Shown in pieces: positions 1 to 12,029 of a DNA stretch of 64,000 bases. The notes below the pieces were generated by a model. It had not been told where the DNA came from, did not search any database, and saw only the letters and a program-made list of their open reading frames with translations. A program made the position numbers and the translations under genes. How positions within the stretch are numbered: the first letter of the stretch is position 1; each line of letters begins with the position of its first letter. This DNA is from Octopus bimaculoides (Eukaryota). The DNA lies in contig NC_068986.1 in the NCBI RefSeq assembly GCF_001194135.2, positions 38,291,612 through 38,355,611 of the forward strand, in the 5' to 3' direction.

Positions 1-758
1 AAGAGAGACGAGATGAAATACTAATGTAGTGAAGAAGAAGTAGTGAGAGTAATAGCCATGACTGAGAGGGAGTTAGAGAAAGTAATGACAATGAGAAAGG
101 CAAAATGAAGTGGCATAGAGAGCGTTGCGTGAATGAGAAAGGATTGGGTGATAGATGACTAATGAAGAAAGGAGTGAAAAAGCTGATACACAGCATTTGG
201 AGTGTGAGTATGTGTGTGTAAAAGAGAGGTATGTTTGCATGGATGGACATACATTCAGGAAGGCAATTACCAACAAGGAAGCAAATGTGTGGGAGATCAA
301 ATCATTGCTTTCTCACTGGTAGTTGCCTTTCTGAATGTACGCTTAAATGTCTGTTTTCCTAAATAGAATGCACTTCATTTTTGAGGCTCTGTTGAAACTG
401 TAAGGTGTTACTCAGGCACTCAACTGTGTGTGTGTGTGTGTGTACAATGGAAATGGGATGGTAATGTCCAATTCTGAAAATGTGTGAGTAAGTGTGTGTG
501 TGTGTGTGTATGCATGTACAATAAACTATGTGAAACTTTACATGTAAACTAAAAATAATTGCAAAAATAATCCAGAATCCTTGTCAGGTACCAGATCGAT
601 CCCAAAATCTAATGAGACTGTGCCACTCACGAGGCTAAATATCCCTGAAAGTTTCATCCGAATCCATCAAGCAGTTCTTGAGATATCTTGTCCACGGACA
701 AACAAACAAACACAACTGAAAATAATACCCCCGCCTTGGCTAAGTCGGAGGTAATAAT
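1..758 (-). mobile_element. Helentron-associated (HINE/DINE-1-like) non-autonomous element, copy 1, runs off window start
   Basis: Reverse complement of 6551-7400 over about 600 bp; terminus attattacctccg...cgggggta hairpin followed by (TTTG)n and internal (CA)n; interrupted by MITE fragment 241-424. Family assignment from terminal structure only. Confidence 0.55.
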
Positions 759-769
759 GGTTTCAGATT

Positions 770-966
770 TTTCCACAAGGGCAGCAATTTTGGGAGAGGG
801 GATGAGTCAATTACATCGACCCTAGTGTTCAACTGGTACTTGTTTTATTGACCCTGACAGGACGAAAGGTAAAATTGACCTCAGCGGAATTTGAACTCAG
901 AACATAAAGACAGATGAAATGCTACTAAGCATCTCACCCAGCATTCTAACAATTCTACCAGCTCAC
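770..966 (-). mobile_element. tRNA-derived SINE type C
   Basis: Reverse complement of the type C copies at 20805, 31005, 47333 (GGCAGAAT..GTTAG A-box-like, GAGTTCAAAT B-box-like, cctttcatcctttcggggtcgataaaataagtacc body). Confidence 0.8.
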
Positions 967-1226
967 CTAATAATAATAATGACAACAATAATGATAATAA
1001 TAATCCATGGATGGAATTTATGGACAGAATATTTATAAATTCCATCCATGGATTATTATTATTTTTATTACTACACACACACACACACACATAGTTGTTA
1101 GAATCTTTCCAGATAGTTTTTGTGTTTTAATATTTTGATTAGATATTGCAATACTAATAACCTCGTGAAGATCTTGGTATATGTATGCTTCTGAATGAAG
1201 TATTTGTCGGGTTCAGAGCAGTAATA

Positions 1227-1650
1227 AGTAAAGAGATGACAAAGGAATAATGGATTATCTTATGAACTTCATTAGATTACAACTGTTTCCGCTCATAGTT
1301 GAGTGCCTGAGTAACCCCCTTATGGTTTCATCAGAGCCTCATAAATGAAGTGTGTTTTATTTAGGAAAGCAAAGACATTTAAGCATACATTTAGAAAGGC
1401 AACTACCAATGAGAAAGCAATGATTTGATACTCCCACACATTTGCTTTCTTGTTGGTAATTGCCTTCCTGAATGTATGCTAAAATATTTTTGTTTTCCCA
1501 AATAAATTGTACTTCATGTTTGGGGCTCTGATAAAACTGTTGGGTGTTACTGAGGCACTCAACTAGGAGTCTACCACACCTTATAGTGGAAGCAGTTATA
1601 AGCTAATGAGGTTCATGAGATAATTGGTCATTCTTTGTCATCTCTTTTCC
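1227..1650. mobile_element. Palindromic TA-flanked MITE (Tc1/mariner-type target)
   Basis: Left and right halves are reverse complements with a loop of about 20 nt near 1420-1440; TA at 1225-26 and 1651-52; partial copy at 241-424. Confidence 0.7.
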
Positions 1651-2671
1651 TATATATATCATCATTGTCAATTTGTCTGTCTACCTGCATGTCTGTCTAT
1701 CTGACATGATTATGCAGAATATTGGAAATGATTGACATTCATTTACAACAATTGTGATGTAAAGACAAAGAAACATACACTAACACATGCATATGTGTGT
1801 TGTGTGTGTATGTACACACACAAATGGCTTCTTTCAGTTTCCATCTACCAGATCCACTCACAAGCTTTAGTCAGCCCAGGGCTATACTAGGAGATACTTG
1901 CCCAAAGTAGCCTACAGTGGAATTGTTCTGCAATAGACTTCTGTGTCTGTTTTGGCATGGGTTTTTTTACAACTGGATGCCCTTCCTAACACCAGCTACC
2001 CAGCAGAGTGGACAAGTATAGTGTTGGGGGGAAAAAACTGAAGTTAAACGATGAGGTACACCAAAATTGATTATGTGAGTCTGAGAAAATTCTGTCAGTA
2101 CATGGTGTGATCTGAAGGGAAACTACAAATTGAAAGAATGTGGCAGATGGGTCTTATAAGTCAGTAGCTTTTGTAGGAGGTTGATCTTTTGAATGTTTCA
2201 AGGACAAGGGCTCACTGGTGAGTGATATAGCAGAGTAAGTCTTCTCAGTTTTACCAAGAAAAAAATGTATATTGGAAAAAAATACAGACATAAGGAAATA
2301 TATACATTATTCAGTGTGGTAACTATTACTGTTCGTAGTTAGTATCAGTTTGTCATGAAAAGAAATAGTGGCTTTATTGATGATATTTAATTGATATTTT
2401 GCATAGTCCTCCATTAGACCAATTTCCCATTTACCCAGATTAGCAAGTTTCTGCTTTTAGGAGGCCCTCAGGATCAATTTATGAGTGTTACAGTCTCTAG
2501 TCTTGTTGGCAAGCTAGTCGATACTACTACACTTTCAGTCATAGGACTAGAAAATCCCACCATTCATAATTATTTTTTTTCCTTTGTTTTTATTTTAGAA
2601 ATATGCAAAAGCTTCATCATGCATTAAGAACATTTCTTGTAAATTAATTGTTTAGAAAGTTGTCGAGACAA

Positions 2672-2709
2672 ATGGAAATGGATGCAATAAATTTTCCAAT
2701 AAGACACAG
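2672..2709 (+). CDS. OSBPL8: Putative first coding exon of ORP8/5-like gene (exon 2599-2709; MEMDAINFPIRH, phase 2)
   Basis: Acceptor ttttattttAG at 2597-98 and donor CACAG|GTAATT at 2710. The phase-2 end (AG) plus the first base of exon 9123 gives AGA and stays in frame. No protein similarity recognised; supported by splice signals and phase only. Confidence 0.45.
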
Positions 2710-5119
2710 GTAATTTTCACTGGAATCATTGACTCATTAATTATACATTATTAACATTTGGTGTTGTGTGTCACTTATTTTCCCTGCTAGAAACAGCAGC
2801 CAAATTTTCATCAAATTAAACCAAATGATGGTGTAATCACAACTGGAGAGCCATTGATCATAGATCTGCTCATTTAGAGTAAACCTAGAGTTCAGCAACA
2901 ACAAACCAAGCAAAACACGGACATGAGTTAAGAATTACTTTGTTTCCATTCCAATACTAGTAGTTACTGTTATTAATTTGGTTCCCAATTTCAAATAATG
3001 TCTTTAAAAATCTGACAAAATATGATTGGAAAATCAAGCAACATTTCAAACATCATCTTTACAGACTTTTTTTCTAATTTTTTGTTTTGTTTTCTCTTTT
3101 GGCTGCTTCAGACCCGCTAAGATCAAACTTGTAAGTTTTGGGGTAGGGTGTCATTTGAAATTTCCCAGTTTGATTACTGTCAATTGAAACTGAACTGTTT
3201 TTCCTACCTGTTTTTCCTAACTGAACTGTTTTTTGTTGTTCACAAATATTTTTTCTCCACCCTCTTAAATCCCACCCCAACCACTTAGTTGAGAGGGCCT
3301 TTTCCCCCATCTTCCCTTTTCTTATTGTTTCCTATCTTGCAAGTTACTTGGCAACCCCACTAGTGCCAGTAGCACAAAAAAAAAAAGAAGAAAAATGCAC
3401 CTCGTACACACTGTAAAGCAGTTGGCTTTAGGAGGGGCATCCAGCCATAGAAACCATGTAAAAGCTGACATGGAGCACAATGCAGCCCTGTAACTCACCA
3501 GATCCTGTCAAACAGTCCAACCTATGCCATCATAGAAAATGGATGTTGAACAGTGATAAACGATGATATATTTTGTGTAGAGGGTTGCATATTTCTCATT
3601 GCATTTGATACATTTTTTTATGAAAATCATAGCTTCTTAATTCGGGACACAACTAAACACTGCAAGTTATTTTGTCGTACATTCTAGTAATTCTGTGTAT
3701 CATTGCCTTAGTAAGTTCCTAAACTTGGCATCACATTGTTCATTTTGCAACTGCTGCTACAATTATTAGGATAAAAATATACAATGTAACTGTTACTTAA
3801 ATTAATGTTGTTTTGTTGTGGGATATAGAATGTTATGTTATTAAAATGCATTAACAACCTGCAGTTTCTAAATCTAATCCTAATGGGATACTGGGGAATA
3901 CATTCTTAGCTTTATACTAAAATTTACAAGGTATATGTTTATATATTCTAATTATTAGGGAGTAAGAAGTTTCCATTGCGATTTTTTAGTTTGAACCAAG
4001 TAAAATACAGTGGAACTTTGCCAACAGTTTGTGTTCTAAGTATAGAAAAATATATATGGGAACACTATCTTTAATTAATTCAGCAATTAATTAACAATTA
4101 TCTGCTATAAATATCCTTGTTACTTGTTATGTCTACAGTTTGATGTCAGTGGAGCTTTTAGTAAATTAAAGCCTGATTTCATTTGTCTTTTATTGTGGGT
4201 TATTCACACTTTAATTTATGAAAATTGCAACTGTTAGTGTGGAATGTGGACTGTGACCTGAAAAACTCAATGTAGTTTCATTTGAGGTTTCATGTACCTT
4301 TAAGCATTGGCTGTTTGTCTTTGCAAAATGTAAAAATTATCTAGTGACTTTGGTCTGAGGCTCCTAGTGAATTCTGTTTTCCAAGAATATTTTGAAATTG
4401 AGTGTACAATTTATGTGATGTTTTAACTACTTTAGCTAGACCACAGCCTGTTGATGATTATGTAAGATCTTTATTGAATTCAGCATAGGCAATAACTTCA
4501 AAAGTGTCATAGATAACAAAATTGATGAATATATTTGTGATACATTCCTAATCAGAATCTCTTCTGCTCAGACTGCTACAAGACAGAACTCTAACTTTGG
4601 TTGTAGATCAGGTTCATGCTTTTGAAACGGCCATGAAAGATTAGCAGGCTTAGGACTCTGCTCATTAGCCTCCACTGAAGTGGCTTGAGAAGAATTTTTG
4701 AATTCTGAAACAAATCACACCTCTTATGTAGCTGCACATTGTCAAACTCAAAGGTGCTATTTCTGTGATGTGGTTGTCCTCAATGTCCAGCTTATGATAC
4801 TACTATCTCTTGTTTCAAGTGTAAGAAAGGGAACATTTTTCAAAGGTCTATCAATCCTCAAAAGAACTAGTGAGCACTTCTGTTCTCTCTGTTACATAGG
4901 CTTGAATCAATCTCAGTATTTAAGCTATGCATAGTAGTACTGTAGTACACGTGTTGTGTACACTCCTACAACACTGTTTTCTTTATGTGTTATAAAGACA
5001 GAATTCTATCTGCCTTCAACTCAGTCACGCACCTGTGTTTCGTTTATTTTTTGTGTGCTTTACTACATAAAGGTCACCAACTGTCTACCTTGAGTAATTA
5101 TTAATGGCATGTGCCTGGC

Positions 5120-5170
<51 letters not shown>

Positions 5171-5716
5171 CATGTGTATCAAAAGAAATTCATTGACTAT
5201 TGACCTAGCTATTCACGGAAGACAGTTTCTGTAAAATATAACTTGATCTGCTATATATAAAGCAGTCTGTTTATTATGTATGGTATTGGGTGACCAGCTG
5301 AAATGTTTGACAACTCACATCCTGTCACTAGCACTGACTCCATTGTTTCTGTGATAAAGATACTTTTAATGATATTTAAAAAAAAAAAATACTAAATCAC
5401 TTAGGCTAACTACTCAAAGACACTATCTCCAAGGAAAAATACTTAATATAGCAAATATCAGAAATCTAGTTAGAAATACTTAACAATGGCAAGGCAACAT
5501 TGCCTCAATGACTAATGTGATTTTAATTAATTTGGCAAGTACAGGAAACAACTCTAGACATATTTTAGCTTTATTAGATCTGGATCTTTTCCCTTTGAAC
5601 GGCACATTGAGAAATGAATTTTTTGTAACTAAACACTTTCAAACTTCGGACAGAATGTGTCGTATAAAACATATTTTACTCTTAGCCCTAGTACTTACTT
5701 TTTGAAATTCTATCTG

Positions 5717-6057
5717 ACTGGCATGTAAAAAGCACTGTTTGAGCATTGAATCTCATGGAGGTAGTGGCAGGTACCTGAGTCCTTTAGCGATATACCGTGC
5801 GTGTGTAGACCTGTCAAGCCAAGTGAGATCGTAGTTGTGGCTGATGCTGGTATCATATCCATGGCACCTGTGCTGGTAGCACATAAAAAGCACCCACTAT
5901 ACTCTCGGAGTGGTTGGTGTTAGGAAGGGCATCCAGTCATAGAAACCTTGCCAAATCAGACTGGAACCAGATGCAGCTCCCTGGCTTATCAGTTTTCTGT
6001 CAAACCACCCAACCCATATCAGAATGGAAAGCAGATGTTAAATGATGATGATAATGA
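5717..6057 (+). mobile_element. RTE LINE 3' end (end of ORF + 3'UTR + (GAT)n tail)
   Basis: Shared block ggagtggttgg..ttaggaagggcatccag..cccatg..gttaaatgatgatgat; 5' part resembles the ORF end seen at 29040 and 18500. Confidence 0.75.
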
Positions 6058-6059
6058 TT

Positions 6060-6292
6060 TTATTGGTCTCTTTTGCTGAATTGTTAGGTTACAGGGACCT
6101 AAACAAACACAGACACACACACACACAAGCCTATATACAAAAATGGGCTTTCACGATTTTCCATCTATCAAAGTCACTTGCAAGTTATTGGTTCCCCTTC
6201 AGCTACAGTAGAAGGCACTTGTGCAAGGTACTGTGCAGTCGGTCTGAACCTGAAACTACATAGTTGCAAAGTGTGCTTCTTAAGTCCACATT
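6060..6292 (-). mobile_element. tRNA/CORE SINE type A, degenerate
   Basis: Reverse complement of 21887/35194 copies. Confidence 0.7.
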
Positions 6293-6550
6293 TAAGTTAA
6301 CTTGCACCAGATGAACTATATGAAGTTGAGATCTTCATTGATATCTAAACAATTTAATAGACTGTGACTAAGCCAAGAATTAAATTTGTTTGAACTCAAT
6401 AAAATATGAAATTCACCAGTGTCCAACCTTGTAACTTACCAACACTGTATAATATTTATTTTTCTATGGTTAGATTATTGTCTAGATTCTTATAGTTTTA
6501 TAATTCTTCACTCTGTTTCTAATGAAATACATTATATACTTTGCAGTTTT

Positions 6551-6854
6551 ATTATTACCTGTGCCTTAACGAAGGCAGAGGTGTTGTTTTCAGTCGTGTT
6601 TGTTCGTCCGTGGACAAGATATCTCAAAAACCGCTGGATGGATTCAGATGAAACTTTCAGGGATGTTTGGCCTTGTGACTGGCACAATCTCATTAGATTT
6701 TAGGATCTATCTGATTCCAGACAAGGATTCTGGATTATCTTTCCAATTTTTTTTACTTTGCATGTATATGTAAAGTTTCACATAGTTTTCTTGTACACAC
6801 ATACATACACACACATTTTCAACATTGAACATTACTATCCCATTTCCATTGCAG

Positions 6855-6885
<31 letters not shown>

Positions 6886-7400
6886 AACATGCCACTCTTT
6901 TACATACACATATACTCACACTTCAAACACTGTTTATCGGCTTTTTCACTCCTTCCTTCATTATTCATCTATCGTGCCCAGCGTCTCCTTTCTGGCACTT
7001 GTGCCCGTGGCATGTGTAAGGACTTTCAAGCGAGATCGTTGCCAGTGCCCCTGGACTGGCTCTTGTGCAGGTGGCACATAAAATAACACCATTTAGAGTG
7101 TGGCCGTTGCCAGTACCGCCTGACTGGCCTTCGTGCCGGTGGCACGTAAAAGCACCCACTACATTCTCAGAGTGGTTGGCATTAGGAAGGGCATCCAGCT
7201 GTAGAAACTCTGCCAAATCAGATTGGAGCCTGGTGTAGCCATCTGGTTTCACCAGTCCTCAGTCAAATCGTCCAACCCATGCTAGCATGGAAAGCAGACG
7301 TTAAACGATGATGATGATGACAACGCTCTCTTTACCGTTTATCTCCTACCTTCACCTCTCACTCCGGCTCTATTTTATACACACACACACACACACACAC
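6551..7400 (+). mobile_element. Helentron-associated (HINE-like) element, copy 2, interrupted by RTE 3' end
   Basis: Same sequence as 1-758 in opposite orientation; homology stops at about 6973 and resumes at 7321 (caacgctctc). Confidence 0.55.
6973..7320 (+). mobile_element. Young RTE 3'UTR insertion with (GAT)n tail
   Basis: Highly similar to 10839-11239, 49727-50074, 56214-56379; splits the HINE-like copy. Confidence 0.85.
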
Positions 7401-8361
7401 ACACAAATATATAGAAAGAGATTATACATACATTTTAACACATTACAGTATACTTACATAAATGCATAATTCTATACATCAATCTAAAACAACAGGGTTA
7501 TGAAAGGAAGACCGGAATTTAAGAGAAGAGAAAATCAAAAGGTCTTGTGATATTCATTGAAGGATTTTATTTCAGATATTTTCATTTTAAAAATCATCTG
7601 GTTAATCATTGAGAGGACATTGGTGTTGTGTTGGTGGAGGTTTGCACTCTCTGAGTGCTCTTATTCTCATTTTAATGTCCTTTGTCTGGAAATCTTTTGT
7701 CACACATCCTGTGACCTCTTCTGTGATTTGCCATCCCATGTATCTCCTGTTCTGTTTACTCCATTCTGTCTTTCTGTGGTGTGTATCCTTATTTGTACAT
7801 GTTTGTGTGTGTACATGCGTATGCATCTCTATGTCTAATATGTGTGTTTTGTGTGTATGTATATGGGTTTGCTTACTACACTGTTTGTAACCATGTCTTT
7901 TGTTTATTTTTTTAATTATTATTATTCGTTTACTTATTTATTTGAAATAATAAACAATTTGAAAGGGTTTTTATTAAATCCCCACCTTTTTTGTCTTTTA
8001 ACTCTTAGATGCCTACTGAGCTTAGCTCATCAACAACTTTTCTTCACTGTTTTTGACTCTAGTTTGTCTTTCCTGCATCCCCCCTGTTGATTCTCTGCTT
8101 TTTCAGTTTCTGCATTGTGTTTCCCTGAGGGAAAGTCTTCCCCTCTCAGATTTTGGTGGTTTTGAATTGTTTTCAATGTTTTTGTCACTTTGCTTTTTTT
8201 CTTAGATAGTGATATTGGCCCTGCACAAACCCATTTTTACCTCTGGAAAGAGGTAGTCCATATTAGTCTGGCCTCTACTCTTTGAACTGTTGATCATGGA
8301 AGGTCCTATCAGGAAAGAGCCTGGCAAAGCTCTTAGCCACACAACCACCACACCTCTTCAA

Positions 8362-8800
8362 TGACAATTACTGCCATCAATTCACTGCAGGAGAACTTCA
8401 CCTTCATTAATTCACCGCAGAGGAAGTTTACTGCCATCAATTCACCGTGAAGAAAGATCACCGTGAGGAAGATTCACCACGAGGAAAGTTTACCAAGAAA
8501 ATATATTCATAGTATCTCACTATTAATAGTTAAGAAACTATTTTATTGAAAAAATAAAAACGGTGAATTGATGATGGTAAACTTTCACTATAATGAATTT
8601 ATGATGGTGAACTTTCACTACAGTGAATTGATGACGGTCAACTTTCCCTGTGGTGGAACTGATGGCAGTGAACTTTCCCTGTGGTGAATTGATGACAGCA
8701 AACTTTTCCTGTGGTGACTTGATGGCGGCAAACTTAACCTGTGGTGAATTGATGACTGTGAACTTTCCATGTGATGAATTGATGGTGGTGAATTTACTGC
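8362..8800. mobile_element. Foldback-like element with inverted arrays of ~30-bp subrepeats
   Basis: Left array (ccatcaattcacc units) 8370-8500, AT spacer, right array of about 8 ggtgaattgatg..aactttccctgt units 8561-8800. Confidence 0.7.
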
Positions 8801-9122
8801 ACATGAACAAGGACTGGACCAAATGGGGAATTTAATGAAACACCCAACTGAACATGCCAATTAATGCAACTTATGCTAGAAAGTTTTGATGTAAATAAGA
8901 ACAGTTGGAAACCAGTTGTTTTGTGTCAGAACTAATGATGTCAAGTAGGTTGGTGTCAGAAAGGTTAATTAGCTTCTCTTGTGTAATATTTCCACTGCTT
9001 TTTGCTATCATATGAAATATGTTTGAGTTTGTTATTTATTAATTTGTTTCAGGTACTTGTTATTTTAGTCATTGAAATTAAGAAATAATAATTTCTTCAT
9101 TATCTTTCTTTTTTTTTTCTAG

Positions 9123-9277
9123 AAATAAAGTGAAAGTTTTGAATCATTTATGGCTAAATATAATGCCACGAACTTACAGCTTGTCAGAAGGATTAACCAA
9201 TGTTTCCAAAGATCGTAGCGGTAATGTTCCAAAGGGAACTCCAGTACATGAGGTAAAACCTAACCATAACGGACATG
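9123..9277 (+). CDS. OSBPL8: ORP8/5-like N-terminal exon (NKVKVLNHLWLNIMPRTYSLSEG...KPNHNGH)
   Basis: Long polypyrimidine tract + AG at 9121-22, open frame, donor CATG|GTATGT at 9278 (phase 1) matching the next exon. ATG at 9163 is an alternative start. Confidence 0.6.
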
Positions 9278-10838
9278 GTATGTATATGCTTCATTTTGCT
9301 TTTGTTGTATTTTTTAATTACTTGATATTGTTTTGATTAAATTTGGATACTTGCTGTGCTTGAGAAGACACAGCAAACCAAGTGAATTGGGTTTAGGAAG
9401 GGCATCCAGCCATAGAAACCAAGCCAAATCAGACTGGAACCTGGTACAGCTCTCCAGTTTATGAGTCCTTGTCAAACTGTCTAACCCATGCCAGCATGAA
9501 AAACAGATGCTAAATGATGATGATGATGATGAAAAGGCCTTCTTTGAAATATTGTAGCAAATTAGCATCGTTGTTAGAGCCATCAAATACCAGGTGGTTA
9601 TTAGAGCCATCAGCACAGGTAACTTCACCATCATCAATTCATCACTGGGAAATACCAGTATTATTAATTCTGACTTGCTGTGCTTAGTTCAAATCCTCCT
9701 GAGGTCAAATTTGCCCCTTTGGGGTTGATAAAGTACCAATGGTGGGGTGATCAACTTTTCTCTCTCTTTCCCTCTCATAAAAAAAATACCTTAAGGAAGG
9801 CAATTAAAAATCACTTTTCTATTTTTCAATGAAAATTCCATAAGAAGCAGTATAGTGGTTGTCATGTAAGATACCAGAGGCTGATTATTGACTTGTTGGA
9901 AGAAAGAAAGAAGAATTTTAAAAATAGAATAAATTGATGAATATAGCTCACTCGGTTGTTTCAAATTGTACTCAGGTTCAGATACCTCGGTTAAAAACTG
10001 GCAGTCAGCCATTTGCAATGAATACAAATGTGTACTCTTTGTGTTTGGTTATACTGAAGTTGTATGTTTTAGCTGAATAAAAATAATTGATTCTCAGCTA
10101 CTGTTTCTCGTTACAACAATATATTTTTATAAAACTAAGAAATAAAACAATAGAGATGATGGAGCATAAAAGCGAAAAAATGTCGGAAGTCAACAGTGGT
10201 CTGACTAAACCCTGAAAAACGTGAACTTAACTAATGGAACAGATACATTTTTTTTATTGATATCATAAAAACGCATCCATTCCCCTGCAAAAAACTAATG
10301 AGCCCCAACCTGTCGTGTTGAAGTCCTTGCTGCAACTGATTTGTTTTGCACCAAAATCATGGCTGCCATGATTTCAACACAAAACGAATTAGTTGCAGTG
10401 CAGACTTCAACACACAGGTTGGGGGTCCCTTTCATGGTAACGCATGCTGAGGAAGCTGAGGCTATTTTGCCGGTGCAGAAACCGGTCCAAGTGAGTTCAA
10501 ATACTTGAATGTACATTGGGTGATTGTCTTAACTCGTGTGCCTTCGGACAGTTGATTTCTGTAGTTATTATCTGTAGTTATTTTTATGGCAGTGGCCTAA
10601 GAATGTTTGTAATTCATTGGTGACTATGTTCATACAGTATATTTTAATGACACCTATTTTCTGGGATGTATACTGATGTATGCTACTTCTAAATATTACA
10701 CCTGTTCCTTCTTATCTTCACAAAACCTGTTACTGAAAATTGCTATAAAACTATTGTTTATCTTTTATCTTTTACTTGTTTCAGTCATTTGACTGTAGCC
10801 ATGCTGAAGAACCACCTCAAAGAGTTTTAGTCAAACAA

Positions 10839-11239
10839 TGCCAGAGCACCAGCTGTCTGGCTTCCGTGCCGGTGACATGTAAATAGCACTATTTGAGTGT
10901 GATCGTCGCCTTCCTGGCACTTGTGCCAGTGGCACGTGAAAAGACAGTCGAGCGAGATCGTTGCCAGTACCGCTGGACTAGCTCCTGTGCAGGTGGCACG
11001 TAAAATAACACCATTTCGAGCGTGGCTGTTGCCAGTACCGCCTGACTGGCCTTCGTGCTGGTGGCACGTAAAAGCACCCACTACACTCTCAGAGTGGTTG
11101 GCGTTAGGAAGGGCATCCAGCTGTAGAAACTCTGCCAAATCAGATTGGAGCCTGGTGTAGCCACCTGGTCCACCAGTCCTCAGTCAAATCGTCCAACCCA
11201 TGCTAGCTTGGAAAGCGGACGTTAAACGATGATGATGAT
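10839..11239 (+). mobile_element. Young RTE 3'UTR insertion with several tandem modules
   Basis: Same family as 6973; ends in (GAT)n; abuts a SINE type A tail at 10765-10830 (-). Confidence 0.85.
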
Positions 11240-11458
11240 TATCAGTGTATTTTGGCAATTTGAATAAGAGTTTTGACTGTTATTTCCAGCATGTAGACAT
11301 ACTTAGTATGTCCTTTGATTAATTTTAATCCTTCAGCTATTTAATGTCTTTTTGGGGCCTGCAATTACCTATATTATTGATTCTGTTATTATCATTTTTG
11401 AATTGTTACACTAGATAATAACAGNNNNNNNNNNNNNNNNNNNNNNNNNNNNNNNNNN

Positions 11459-11498
<40 letters not shown>

Positions 11499-12029
11499 TC
11501 TCTCACACACACACACACAGTTTGCTTCTTTCAGTTTCCGTATACCAAATCCATTTACAAGGACCCTAATAAAAGGCATTTGCCCAAGGTGTCTTGTAGT
11601 GGGAAGCAAGAATGTTAACAGTACAGCCACACCTGCACTAAAACAAATATATATTTTGTACATTTATAAACCTTTAAAATTTCTAATTGAACTATCTTTA
11701 CTTTGTTCTTCTTTCAAGTTACATTTAAAATTGTTTTAATGTTTCTAGAAATATTTCTCTTTGCATGTCCATAACTTTTCAAATGTCATATTTGCATCCA
11801 TTTCCTGAAGGTGAAGATTGCAATTTTTGTTTTTGACCATACTTACAGCATAATTGCATGTATTGATCTTGCTTAAATGGAAGAGGAGTCTCATCCTCTC
11901 TATATGGCTCTGTTCAGACAGAAAGCTACACTAGTGGAATGTTGTTGCCAAGATAATTTTTTTCTGTATAACTTTATAAGATTGGAAACTTTAAGAAAAT
12001 GAATGCCTCAGAACAAGACAAAAAGAAGC

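Noticed and set aside
5252-5262. TATA-like TATATATAAAG in unique sequence
   Set aside because: Expected by chance in this AT-rich DNA; no supporting exon or initiator identified.
6965-7252. Recurrent MAEFLQLDALPNANHSESVVGAF ORFs (also 10827, 13636, 49675, 59019, 60438)
   Set aside because: Antisense translation of the RTE 3'UTR repeat, not a gene family.
8362-8800. Regularly spaced ~30-bp repeats suggesting a CRISPR array
   Set aside because: Units are contiguous with no unique spacers, degenerate, and in a eukaryotic intron.
8538-8860. Repetitive ORFs such as MVELMAVNFPCGELMTANF
   Set aside because: Product of the 30-bp subrepeat array of the foldback element; all frames are open for the same reason.
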